A DNA stretch of 64,000 nt, taken from contig CBDCTJ010000007.1 of NCBI GenBank assembly GCA_965222115.1, forward strand, positions 2,464,001-2,528,000. Reading direction: 5' to 3'. This stretch comes from Planctomycetota bacterium. GTDB taxonomy: Bacteria > Planctomycetota > PLA2 > JAEUHO01. Positions 27,732 to 37,120 of the stretch are shown here, piece after piece (the stretch's first letter is position 1; every line of letters begins with the position of its first letter). Position numbers and translations under genes: made by a program. Below the pieces are notes generated by a model that saw only the letters and a list, made by a program, of their open reading frames with translations, was not told the origin of the DNA and did no database searches.

Positions 27732-29276
27732 ATGCGATCCACACAATCCTCATCCCCTGCCATTCGTAGCGGGCGCCTCTTGCTGGTGTCGCTTCAGGTG
27801 GTTTTGGCGGCAACCCTCGCTGCCTGCGGTGGCGGAGGTGGTGGGAGCGCAGATGTCATCACCTTCTACTTGGCCGACACCACGCCTCGTGATGGCCACG
27901 TCAATGTACCGACCAATCAGATCATTAGTTTGGTCTTCAACAAAGACGTTGATCCGCTGACGGTTACTCCCTCGTCACTGTCTATCGTTGCCAACGATGC
28001 CGGGGCGATTCAGGGAACGCTAACGCAGTCACAGACTCGGCCCCGAGAACTGCGGTGGGTGCCGTCCGAACTCATGGTGGCAGGGGAACGTCACTTTTGC
28101 ACCGTGTCGAGCGGGTTACGTTCCGTCGATGGCGAGGCGCTTTCCGGTGCCACGCAGTTTGAGTTCCATACCATTGGCGGTTCGACCGGCCCCCCGATCC
28201 CCGATCCAACGCGGCTTCGGCGAACCATTGGATCGATGAACGAAGGCCGGCAGTCACACCGCGCCACGCTACTAACTGATGGCCGCGTTTTGGTTACGGG
28301 TGGTTTCGATAGCGGATCGCACGCAACCGATACGGCCGAGTTGTATCTGCCGTTCAACGACACGTTTATCAATACGTCCAACGAGATGCTGACTGAACGC
28401 GCGAGCCATGCATCCGTACGACTTGCAAATGGACATGTGCTCATTTGCGGTGGATTCCGTCAGCAGAGTGGAAGTACGTTGACCGCCCTGGCGACGGCCG
28501 AGGTATACAATCCTGCGTCCAACACGTTTGCGCCGGTGGGCGACATGGCGGTGGAACGCGCCAACCACACGGCAACACTGTTGGACGATGGGCGCGTGCT
28601 GATCGCCGGCGGAAGCACCTACGTGTCGGGCTCGTTGACCGACCACATTACTGCCGAGATCTACGATCCCGGAACGTCAACATTTGCGCTCTTATCCGAA
28701 GACATGCTGCACACACGCAGCAGCCATGTGGCGCTGAAACGATCCGACGGTGACGTTGCACTCTTTGGCGGAAGCCAAGGCGACCTGCGCGTGGGTGTCT
28801 TTGATCCCACCACCGATTCGTTTACCAGCTTGGGAATTCCACCATCGGCGTCGGCACAGTTTGGTGCCGCGGCAGCCCTGTTCCCGAGCGGCGGTATTTC
28901 CGTTGCAGGTGGCAGCGTGCGCGGCGATGTCTTTCATTTGCGTGACGGTGAGACCTTTGTCTTCAATACCGGTAGCCCGCTGTGGCGTGCACGCTCGTAT
29001 GCGACGTCCAGTGTGATTGCACCCGACACGCTCATGGTTGTGGGTGGCATCGACTTTTCACGCGGTGGTTTGATTGAGTCGTCGGTAGATATCATTGTTG
29101 AAGGCGGCGTTGGCGGTAGTCGCACCTACGCCACGAGTATGCGTTTCCCAACAGGCATGGCGGCACATACGGCGACGAAACTGGCGAATGGTGATGTGCT
29201 TTTCTGTGGCGGACTCGATCCAGCGGGCGTGGCAAGTTACAACGCCGCATATATTTACGAAGTGCCAACCGAGTAG
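27732..29276 (+). CDS. Lipoprotein with Ig-like (Big_5-type) domain and kelch repeats
   Basis: Lipobox LAAC; repeated HxATLLxDGRVLxxGG...AExYxP kelch units. Confidence 0.88.
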   Translation: MRSTQSSSPAIRSGRLLLVSLQVVLAATLAACGGGGGGSADVITFYLADTTPRDGHVNVPTNQIISLVFNKDVDPLTVTPSSLSIVANDAGAIQGTLTQSQTRPRELRWVPSELMVAGERHFCTVSSGLRSVDGEALSGATQFEFHTIGGSTGPPIPDPTRLRRTIGSMNEGRQSHRATLLTDGRVLVTGGFDSGSHATDTAELYLPFNDTFINTSNEMLTERASHASVRLANGHVLICGGFRQQSGSTLTALATAEVYNPASNTFAPVGDMAVERANHTATLLDDGRVLIAGGSTYVSGSLTDHITAEIYDPGTSTFALLSEDMLHTRSSHVALKRSDGDVALFGGSQGDLRVGVFDPTTDSFTSLGIPPSASAQFGAAAALFPSGGISVAGGSVRGDVFHLRDGETFVFNTGSPLWRARSYATSSVIAPDTLMVVGGIDFSRGGLIESSVDIIVEGGVGGSRTYATSMRFPTGMAAHTATKLANGDVLFCGGLDPAGVASYNAAYIYEVPTE

Positions 29277-29478
29277 GCCGTCTCTGCACCTTCCCGTATC
29301 CGTCTCTGAATCTTAATCTGTAGCCTGACCCTTTCCTTCTCCCGCAGCGATCGCGTACGCCGATGGGTCCGGCGCAAGGTCAGGAGAAAGAATCAGTGGC
29401 AGAATAGGAACAGGCTGCCGTAGCGCGCGGCTCCAGCTTGCGTGATGAATGTTGACGAGTCGAGAGTAGGATCCTCGC

Positions 29479-31656
29479 ATGCGGCGCCAAAAGACCCTCA
29501 CCGTCATGTTCACCGATATCTCGGGGTTTACGAAGCACACCGAGACCGTTACGCGCGATGAATTGATGGCGCGGCTCGACGAGCACAACGCCCTACTCAT
29601 GCCCATTGTGCGCCACTTTGAAGGTCGTATTGTGAAGTCCATTGGCGATGCGCTCATGATCGTCTTCGAAAGTCCAACGAACGCCGTGCAATGTGGGATG
29701 TTGATGCAACATCGATTGGCGCGCCACAACCGTGGCAGGGTTGAATTCGAACAGATACACATCAAGGTTTCGCTCAACGCTGGCGAAGTCACAGTAACCG
29801 AGAACGATGTCTTTGGCGATTGCGTCAATGTGGCGGCAAAGATTGAGAAGGCCACACGGCCCGACGAAATCTACTTCACGGAATCGGTCTTCCTCGCCAT
29901 GAACAAAGCGGAGGTGCCCAACGTCTTCGTAAAGAACTTTCGACCTAAGGGTGAACAGAGCCATGAGATCAAGCTCTACAAGGTCATCCAAGATGTAACC
30001 AACGAACAGTACGCACGTCTTATCCGCGATACGGACATTAAGGACGACGATCCATCCGACGCGCTTGAGCTATCGGATCTTGCAGGCAGCGATCTTCCTA
30101 GCGGCCACGACTCCTTGGCGGAACTCATTGCCGACGAACGGGCACGTTCGCGAAAGAACCTTTTGCTGGCAACGGCCTTAGGCGCCTTGTTGCTCGGCGG
30201 GCTCGTCGTAGGGGGACTGGCGCTGTTTAGTGGCAGCAAAGGCCCCACCGCTGCCGATCGTACGACCGACGCCGTTCGTGCCTACTTGGCCAAAGGCAAT
30301 GTGGAGGGCGCCCGATCCGCGATCGCCAATTTTGGAGCCGACGGCGGGAGTCAAGAACGCATTGCGCAGTTGCAGCGCGAGATTCACGCCTATCAGGGTG
30401 GTGAATCGGTAAAGCGCATCAAGGCGCTACTTGCCGACGACAACGTGGACGATGCCCGTTCACTTGTCGGTAGCAATCGCGAGTTCATTCCGACCGCGTT
30501 GCTGACTCACATCGATGCGCTAGCGGCGGCGGAACAGGCGCTACGCGACGGCGACGCGGAGGCGGCGCGTAAGGGCTTGCAGGGTGCGGACCCGACGTTC
30601 ACTCCGAGGAACGCCTACGCGGCGTGCAAGAAGCGAATCGAGGCCATCGATACCGCGTGGCACGTGCATGAACACTCGGAATCGGTCGATGACGCAGAGC
30701 GAGCAATCGAGGTCCTGTCGGGGGCATTCGGAGACGACACCCATCATCCTGTGGCCACGCGTATTTTGGGCGACATGATCATTCGTTCTGTTGGCATGAC
30801 AGCTCGGACGAGTGGGCGCAAGGCGATCCGCGAGCACTTTGACGCGCTCATGAAACGCTTTCCAGGTATCAAAGATCGCACGCGTATTCGCCGCGAAGTG
30901 CAGCTCCACGCGCTGTGGTTTTACACGAGTGACTACGAGGCTCGACGTCGCTGGCGCGGTCGATTTGACAGCCAGAGTCAACGGGAGATTGCTACGCTTC
31001 GCGAGCTGGGCAAAGGCGATGCCGACTTTTTGTTTCGACTTGGCGTCACGCGCCACCGGATTTCGCGAAAGAACGGACTCGGCATATCGGATGGCGCGCA
31101 AGACATTGAGAGCGCCATGAAGTTGGATCCGCGCCTCATTGAAACGCGTGCCGACGAGTTGTACCCGATTGCGATCGATTGGCTACGTTGGGTGTCGTCT
31201 CCCGATTCACTGGCCCACAAGCTCGTTACGGGCCCCTTCAAAGAGCGTGCGCGCGAGCATCTTTTTGCCCGTGCCTTTGCTCCCTACGGTGGCAAGCGCG
31301 ACGACGCACCGCGGCCTGAAGAACGCGCCAATGCTGTTGCGGCGTTGGTTGCCATGAATGCACCGATCGAAACCGAACAAGCCGTGGAGTTTGTGACCAA
31401 CAACTGGAAGACCGTGCTCACGGGTCGCAATCCGATCATTTCCATCGATGTCTTTGCTGCTCTCTTTGCCCGCAAGGACATGGCCTACGAGTACTTCGAA
31501 CGCTTGGCAGGCGACATCAAACGGATCCAAACCGAACTGGGCGCCAAGCGAGGCAAGTTCAGCGCCTACAAGCACGCCCGCGATCGCATCCTCGCTCTCC
31601 GCCGCACCCTCATCGACGCCCACCCCGCTCACGCCAAACGCTTCGCCGCAAACTAG
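29479..31656 (+). CDS. Class III adenylate/guanylate cyclase with TM helix and helical extracytoplasmic domain
   Basis: VMFTDISGFT, VKSIGDA, DVFGDCVNVAAKIE, TM LLLATALGALLLGGLVVGGLALF. Confidence 0.88.
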   Translation: MRRQKTLTVMFTDISGFTKHTETVTRDELMARLDEHNALLMPIVRHFEGRIVKSIGDALMIVFESPTNAVQCGMLMQHRLARHNRGRVEFEQIHIKVSLNAGEVTVTENDVFGDCVNVAAKIEKATRPDEIYFTESVFLAMNKAEVPNVFVKNFRPKGEQSHEIKLYKVIQDVTNEQYARLIRDTDIKDDDPSDALELSDLAGSDLPSGHDSLAELIADERARSRKNLLLATALGALLLGGLVVGGLALFSGSKGPTAADRTTDAVRAYLAKGNVEGARSAIANFGADGGSQERIAQLQREIHAYQGGESVKRIKALLADDNVDDARSLVGSNREFIPTALLTHIDALAAAEQALRDGDAEAARKGLQGADPTFTPRNAYAACKKRIEAIDTAWHVHEHSESVDDAERAIEVLSGAFGDDTHHPVATRILGDMIIRSVGMTARTSGRKAIREHFDALMKRFPGIKDRTRIRREVQLHALWFYTSDYEARRRWRGRFDSQSQREIATLRELGKGDADFLFRLGVTRHRISRKNGLGISDGAQDIESAMKLDPRLIETRADELYPIAIDWLRWVSSPDSLAHKLVTGPFKERAREHLFARAFAPYGGKRDDAPRPEERANAVAALVAMNAPIETEQAVEFVTNNWKTVLTGRNPIISIDVFAALFARKDMAYEYFERLAGDIKRIQTELGAKRGKFSAYKHARDRILALRRTLIDAHPAHAKRFAAN

Positions 31657-31848
31657 GCTCTGTCTGAAAGCTCCTCTACTGCGCAATCCGATCCTCTCGC
31701 TGCGAGTCGCGTCCCTTCGAAATTGCCGTCCTCGACGTGAACAGACCACGCCTGCGGGCCAATTTCTTGGTCCATCGACTCTCGCATCGGTCTCCCGCGT
31801 TTATTGAAGAGACACGGGCTCGTCACGAGGCTTTTCAGGCAGGGCCTA
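31654..31848. mobile_element. MITE-like non-autonomous element, copy 1
   Basis: Imperfect TIRs TAGGCTCTGTCTGAAA / TTTCAGGCAGGGCCTA; first 141 nt match 63835-63975 with 2 mismatches. Confidence 0.82.
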
Positions 31849-32030
31849 ATGCGCCACAAATACCAGGTATAGTTGGCGCACGGGCCCGTAGACGCCCATT
31901 CGTTGGGCTCGCCCCGGCGCGCGATACTCGTCGTGCGCCACAGAAACCAGGTATTTTTGGCGCATGCCGATAGGCGAGCGCGCTACGCGACATGGCGGTG
32001 CGCCAGAAAAACCAGGTATTTTTGGCGCAC
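31849..32030. repeat. Three 33-bp palindromic repeats with unique spacers (REP-like or degenerate CRISPR-like)
   Basis: Consensus RTGCGCCAnAnAnACCAGGTATnnTTGGCGCAY at 31849-31881, 31933-31965 and 31998-32030; spacers of 51 and 32 nt. Confidence 0.75.
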
Positions 32031-32033
32031 GGA

Positions 32034-33443
32034 TTAGGGGTTGAGAATGTGGATGGCTTTGCCGTGAACGGCTTCGGCGGCTTCCATGAGGGATTCGGGC
32101 CAGGTGGGGTGGGCGTGGACCGTGAGGGCAATGTCTTCGCTAGTGGCGCCCATTTCGATGGCGAGCGCGGCTTCGGCGATGAGGTCGGAAGCTTGGTAGC
32201 CAACGCCGGACACGCCCAGTACTTCATCGGTTTCGGGATCCGCAATGATCTTTACGAATCCGTCGGTGGCACTCACGGAGAGCGCGCGACCCAAGGCTGT
32301 GAACGGGAACTTGCCCACCTTTACGTTACGCCCCGCTTCTTTGGCCTCGTGTTCCTGTAGTCCTACGGTTGCGACTTCGGGATGGGTGAACGTTGCGGCG
32401 GGCATGGCACGCACGTCGTAGACGCTACTCGTGTTCCCGGCCGCGTGCTCGGCTGCCACAATGCCTTCCTTGCTTGCCTTGTGGGCCAGCCACGGCAATC
32501 CGGCGACGTCACCAATCGCGTAGATGTGTGGCACATTGGTCTGTCGGCTTTCGTTTACGGCGAAGTGACCCGTGTCGTCGATTTGTAAGCCGGCCGCATC
32601 GCGACCCACGCGATCGGAATTGGGTTTGAAGCCAATCGCACACAGGACGACTTCGGAGGGTATCGACAGTTCTTTCCCCTTCTTATCCTTTGCTTTCACG
32701 ATGAGGTTTTTGCCGGTGCCTTCGATGGCTGTGGCACCGGTTTCCTTATGAATCTTCCCCTTGAGTTTCTTGATCGACTTCTCGACCACCTTTACGAGGT
32801 CGGGATCCGTACCGGGAAGGAGCGACTTGGTCAGCTCAATCACGGTCAACTTGGAACCCAAGCGCTGGAAGACAGTCCCTAGCTCTAGGCCAATCACGCC
32901 GCCGCCAATTACCGTGAACGAATCCGGCACCCAATCGATGTCGAGCGCCTCGCGATAGGTCATGACATTGCCGCCGATGGGCAGAAACGGCAGGGTGGCC
33001 GCACGTGCTCCGGTAGCCACAATGCACTTGTCAAATGATACCGCCTGCGTCTTGCCGTCGCTGTCCTTCACAGCGAGAGCCTTCGGCGACGTGAACTCGG
33101 CATGTCCGTGAATCGTGGTCACGCCGTTCTTACTAAGCAAGAAACCAACACCTGTTGTGAGGCGATTGACGATGCCCGACTTCCACTCCTGGAGCTTCTT
33201 CCCGTCTACCTCGACATCACCAACGACAACGCCCATGGCATCGGCCTTGCGAATCTTGTCCACCAAGCCACTTGCGTAGATCAAGCTCTTTGAGGGAATG
33301 CAACCCACATTGAGACACACGCCACCAATCTTGTCCTCTTCGATGACGGCAGTCTTGAGTCCGAGTTGACCTGCACGAATGGCGGCCACATAGCCGCCCG
33401 GCCCAGATCCAATCACGACAAGATCAAAGTGTTGATCAGCCAT
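32034..33443 (-). CDS. lpdA: Dihydrolipoamide dehydrogenase (E3)
   Basis: GSGPGGYVAA, GGVCLNVGCIPSK, HAHPTWPE. Confidence 0.96.
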   Translation of the reverse strand: MADQHFDLVVIGSGPGGYVAAIRAGQLGLKTAVIEEDKIGGVCLNVGCIPSKSLIYASGLVDKIRKADAMGVVVGDVEVDGKKLQEWKSGIVNRLTTGVGFLLSKNGVTTIHGHAEFTSPKALAVKDSDGKTQAVSFDKCIVATGARAATLPFLPIGGNVMTYREALDIDWVPDSFTVIGGGVIGLELGTVFQRLGSKLTVIELTKSLLPGTDPDLVKVVEKSIKKLKGKIHKETGATAIEGTGKNLIVKAKDKKGKELSIPSEVVLCAIGFKPNSDRVGRDAAGLQIDDTGHFAVNESRQTNVPHIYAIGDVAGLPWLAHKASKEGIVAAEHAAGNTSSVYDVRAMPAATFTHPEVATVGLQEHEAKEAGRNVKVGKFPFTALGRALSVSATDGFVKIIADPETDEVLGVSGVGYQASDLIAEAALAIEMGATSEDIALTVHAHPTWPESLMEAAEAVHGKAIHILNP

Positions 33444-33497
33444 TGAGAACTCCTCACGCGACGCGCGTAGCGCCTCGTGCATGAAAGAACAGATTCG

Positions 33498-34700
33498 TTA
33501 GACCGGAAGATCGCCCGCCAAACGCTCTTCTTGATCGCGAAGTTGCGCCGGTTTTTCGTGCCATACATCGGTGAAGAGTGTGGCGGGAGAAACGGCACTC
33601 GCGGCCTCCACCTGGGCAATGGTCTCACTGATGGTCTTGCCCGACGCGGCGAGAAAGTCTTCTTCGCGCCCTGCGTCCCACTCACCCTTGCTCTCGAGCC
33701 ATGTGCGAAGACGCAGTAGGGGATCACGTTTGATCCACATCGCGGCTTCACGTTCATCGCGATACTTGGTGGGGTCATCGGAAGAACTGTGACCGCCCAA
33801 TCGGTAGGTCAAACACTCAATAAATGTTGGGCCTTCACCATTTCGCGCGCGATCGACGGCCGCCTTGGTGGCGATGTAGCACGCGAGTGCATCGTTGCCG
33901 TCCACACGAATGCCAGGCATCCCGTAGGCGCGTGCCTTGATGGCCAGTGTTTCGCTCGCCGTTTGCATCGAAAGCGGAACTGAGATGGCCCACTGGTTGT
34001 TTTGGCACACAAACACAACCGGCGCCTTCCACACGCCGGCGAAATTGAGCCCGGCATGGAAGTCGTTCTCGGATGTGGCCCCGTCACCCAGATAACCGCC
34101 AACAACGCGATCGGTTTCGCCTCGAACTTGCATGGCACGCGCAGCACCGACGGCCTGCGAAACCTGCGTAGCAATGGGCGAGCTGAGCGTGACGAAGTGA
34201 TTGGCCGGATCTGAGTAGTGACATGGCATTTGCCGGCCTTTGGTGGGATCGGCATCGTTGGCAAAGCACTGGGCGATGTAGTCGGCCAAGGGCATGCCGC
34301 GCCAAAGCGCTATCGCGCCTTCGCGAAGGGCGGGGAAGAGCCAGTCGTCGGCTTCAAACGCTGCACCCGAACCAAGTGCTGCGCCCTCTTGTCCCTTGGC
34401 GGTTCCGTAGAAACCGATTCGACCCTGCCGCTGCAGGTTCAGCATGCGCTGATCGAGCGCTCGTTGAAACAACATGGCCTCAAGCAAGCGTGCGGCGAGT
34501 CCCTTTGGCAAGGACGGGAGCGTGCCTACTTCCTTGCCGTTTTCATCCACAAGCTGATAGAGCCCGAGCGGTCCGACCTCGTAAGGATCGAGCGCGCCAC
34601 GCGGCGCCTTCTTGCTTGCGCGTTTTTTTGCAGGGGTTCGCTTCTTGGCGGCCATAGCATCCGACTTCTTGGTGGTGGATCCGGTGGACTCTGGCGTCAC
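33498..34700 (-). CDS. 2-oxoacid dehydrogenase E1 alpha, second paralogue
   Basis: LQRQGRIGFY, KGRQMPCH, GDGATSENDFH...NN, HSSSDDP. Confidence 0.92.
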   Translation of the reverse strand: MTPESTGSTTKKSDAMAAKKRTPAKKRASKKAPRGALDPYEVGPLGLYQLVDENGKEVGTLPSLPKGLAARLLEAMLFQRALDQRMLNLQRQGRIGFYGTAKGQEGAALGSGAAFEADDWLFPALREGAIALWRGMPLADYIAQCFANDADPTKGRQMPCHYSDPANHFVTLSSPIATQVSQAVGAARAMQVRGETDRVVGGYLGDGATSENDFHAGLNFAGVWKAPVVFVCQNNQWAISVPLSMQTASETLAIKARAYGMPGIRVDGNDALACYIATKAAVDRARNGEGPTFIECLTYRLGGHSSSDDPTKYRDEREAAMWIKRDPLLRLRTWLESKGEWDAGREEDFLAASGKTISETIAQVEAASAVSPATLFTDVWHEKPAQLRDQEERLAGDLPV

Positions 34701-34703
34701 GAG

Positions 34704-36011
34704 CTACACGCCTTCTATCAGCATCAAACCGGGTTGCTCAAGCAAACGAATGAGCTCATTCATGAACCGAGCGGCTGTAGCGCCGTCCACGATTCGGTGA
34801 TCAAGTGTGATGGAAAGATTGCACATCTTCCGAATCACAATCTCACCGTCGCGCACGACCGGTGTGTCGGCAATCTTATACACACCAAGAATACCTACTT
34901 CGGGGTAGTTGAGAATTGGCGTGGCCAAGATGCCACCGATGCTTCCCGCACTTGTAATCGTAAACGTGCTACCTTTGAGATCTTCGACCGCAATCTTCTT
35001 GTTACGTGCAGCCTCGGTCACGCGCTGAAGCTCGGAAGCAATCTGCAAGATGCTGAGGCGATCGACTTCCTTGATGACGGGTACCGTGAGGCCCAAGGGG
35101 GTATCCGTGGCAATGCCTATGTTGTAGTCGCCCTTCACGATGTAGCTGTTGTTGTTGTCGTCTACCAATGCATTGACGGTGGGGAACTTACGGAAGCACG
35201 AAACCAATGCCTTGATGATGAACGGCAGGTAGGTGAGCTTGACGCCTTCCGCAGCTGCGGCGGCCTTGGCTTCCTTGCGGAGCTTAGCCAAGTTGGTCAT
35301 GTCGCATTCGTCGGCGAACGTGAAGTGCGGCGAGAACTGTTTCGAGCGCACCATTTGTTCGGCAATCTTTCCGCGCAAACCTCGCAGTGGAACCACCTGG
35401 TCTTCGCGACGCGCGGCGACAGGCGGAAGTTCGACCCGTGCGCGAGGTGCACTCGCCGCAACGGGCGCGGGCACAACCCCTGGTGCACCGCCGCCGCGAT
35501 AGTTTTCCACGTCCTTGCGTGTCACCCGGCCACGTTCGCCGGTTGCGGGAATCGCGTTCAGATCATAGCCACGCTCGCGGGCGAGTTTGCGTACGGCGGG
35601 CGCCGCCAGAGTGCGTTCGCGAAGCACCGAAGTCGTGGATCCGTTCGAGGAAGAGATCGGCGCGGCCGCAACGGGAGTTGGTGCCGCCTTGGGTACGCTC
35701 GCGGTAGGTGTCTGCGTTGATGCTGGAGCCGGCGCTTCGGCTTTCGTGTCGCCGCCGCCTGCAGTTCCGCCACCCTTCCCGTTGTCGATCACAACCATGA
35801 TCGATCCTACAGGAATGGTCTCGCCTTCCTGCGCCTTGATGCTCTTGATGGTGCCCGCGCACGGTGAGGTGATCTCAACCGTCGCTTTGTCCGTCATGAC
35901 TTCAACCATCGGCTGATCGTCTTTGACGACGTCACCTTCTTTGACGAGCCACGTAACGACTTCGCCTTCAGTCAGTCCTTCGCCAATGTCGGGGAGCTTG
36001 AATTCGTACAT
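34704..36011 (-). CDS. Dihydrolipoamide acyltransferase (E2), single lipoyl domain
   Basis: LPDIGEGLTEGE, MTDKA, AAPAVRKLARE, DHRIVDG. Confidence 0.95.
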   Translation of the reverse strand: MYEFKLPDIGEGLTEGEVVTWLVKEGDVVKDDQPMVEVMTDKATVEITSPCAGTIKSIKAQEGETIPVGSIMVVIDNGKGGGTAGGGDTKAEAPAPASTQTPTASVPKAAPTPVAAAPISSSNGSTTSVLRERTLAAPAVRKLARERGYDLNAIPATGERGRVTRKDVENYRGGGAPGVVPAPVAASAPRARVELPPVAARREDQVVPLRGLRGKIAEQMVRSKQFSPHFTFADECDMTNLAKLRKEAKAAAAAEGVKLTYLPFIIKALVSCFRKFPTVNALVDDNNNSYIVKGDYNIGIATDTPLGLTVPVIKEVDRLSILQIASELQRVTEAARNKKIAVEDLKGSTFTITSAGSIGGILATPILNYPEVGILGVYKIADTPVVRDGEIVIRKMCNLSITLDHRIVDGATAARFMNELIRLLEQPGLMLIEGV

Positions 36012-36070
36012 AGAGTCTCTCGTGTCGATTCGAATGGTGTGTTTGCAGGATGGGGGCGCCTCGTGATTGG

Positions 36071-37048
36071 CTATTCCCAGCGCGCCGTGTACTCAATGGC
36101 ATTGAGTACACGTGCCTTGTCGGGCTTGTACACATGCTCAAGCGCATAGGGGAAGGGCGTGTCGAATCCTGCAACACGAGCGATGGGCGCTTCGAGATAC
36201 TCGATGGCTTTCTCGGCAACTGTTGCAGACACTTCGGAAGCGAAACCACACGTGCGTGGTGCTTCCTGAACGGCCACACAACGCCCGGTCTTCTTTACGC
36301 TTTCAACTACTGACGCAGCGTCCCACGGAAGCAAGCTGCGAAGATCAATGATCTCAGCGTCGATGCCCTTTTCTGCGGCCTCCGCCGCCGCAGCCTCAAC
36401 GATGGGCACCATAGCGCCCCACGTGACAACCGTGATGTCGTTGCCGCTGCGCACCGTGCGTGCCTTGTCGAGCTCAACGGTGAAGTAGCCCTCGTCCACG
36501 TCTTGTTTGCCATGGCGATAAAGTGCTTTGGGCTCTAAGAACAGCACCGGGTCATCGCAAAAGATGGATGAGAGCAACATGCCCTTCGCGTCAGACGGTG
36601 TGCTTGGCATGACCACGCGCAAGCCGGGTGTGTGGGCAAAGTAGGCCTCACTTGACTGCGAGTGATAGTGACCGCCGCGAATGCCTCCACCGGACGGCGA
36701 ACGAATCACCATGGGGCAGGTGAAGTGACCGCCGGAGCGATAGCGCATTTTCGCGGCCTCGGAAACGATTTGGTCAAAGCCGGGATAGATAAAATCTAAG
36801 AATTGAATCTCTGGCACCGGTCGCAACCCGTAGAGCGCCATGCCAATGGCTGTGCCCATGATGCCGCACTCTGAAAGCGGCGTATCCATCACGCGCAGGT
36901 CGCCGTACTTGTTGTGAAGTCCGTCGGTGGCGCCAAATACGCCACCTTTCTTGCCGATATCTTCACCCAACATCACAACGTCGCCATCGCGATCCATCGC
37001 GAGATGCAGGGCGTCGTTGATGGCTTGCAGCATGGTCATCTGAGGCAT
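36071..37048 (-). CDS. 2-oxoacid dehydrogenase E1 beta
   Basis: GEDIGKKGGVF, DTPLSE, EIQFLDF, HSQS.EA. Confidence 0.95.
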   Translation of the reverse strand: MPQMTMLQAINDALHLAMDRDGDVVMLGEDIGKKGGVFGATDGLHNKYGDLRVMDTPLSECGIMGTAIGMALYGLRPVPEIQFLDFIYPGFDQIVSEAAKMRYRSGGHFTCPMVIRSPSGGGIRGGHYHSQSSEAYFAHTPGLRVVMPSTPSDAKGMLLSSIFCDDPVLFLEPKALYRHGKQDVDEGYFTVELDKARTVRSGNDITVVTWGAMVPIVEAAAAEAAEKGIDAEIIDLRSLLPWDAASVVESVKKTGRCVAVQEAPRTCGFASEVSATVAEKAIEYLEAPIARVAGFDTPFPYALEHVYKPDKARVLNAIEYTARWE

Positions 37049-37120
37049 GAGCTGATTCCTGAATGCGTGTCGAATGGGATTCGACGAAATACGGGTATTG
37101 AAACGAAGGCGAGCGAACGT

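Noticed and set aside
31849-32030. Bona fide CRISPR array
   Set aside because: Only three degenerate repeats, unequal spacers, no A/T-rich leader and no cas genes; kept as a repeat instead.
34218-35720. 500-aa + strand ORF and other long shadow ORFs (126-941, 12523-13446, 42481-43332)
   Set aside because: Antisense to well-conserved genes; expected in GC-rich DNA.
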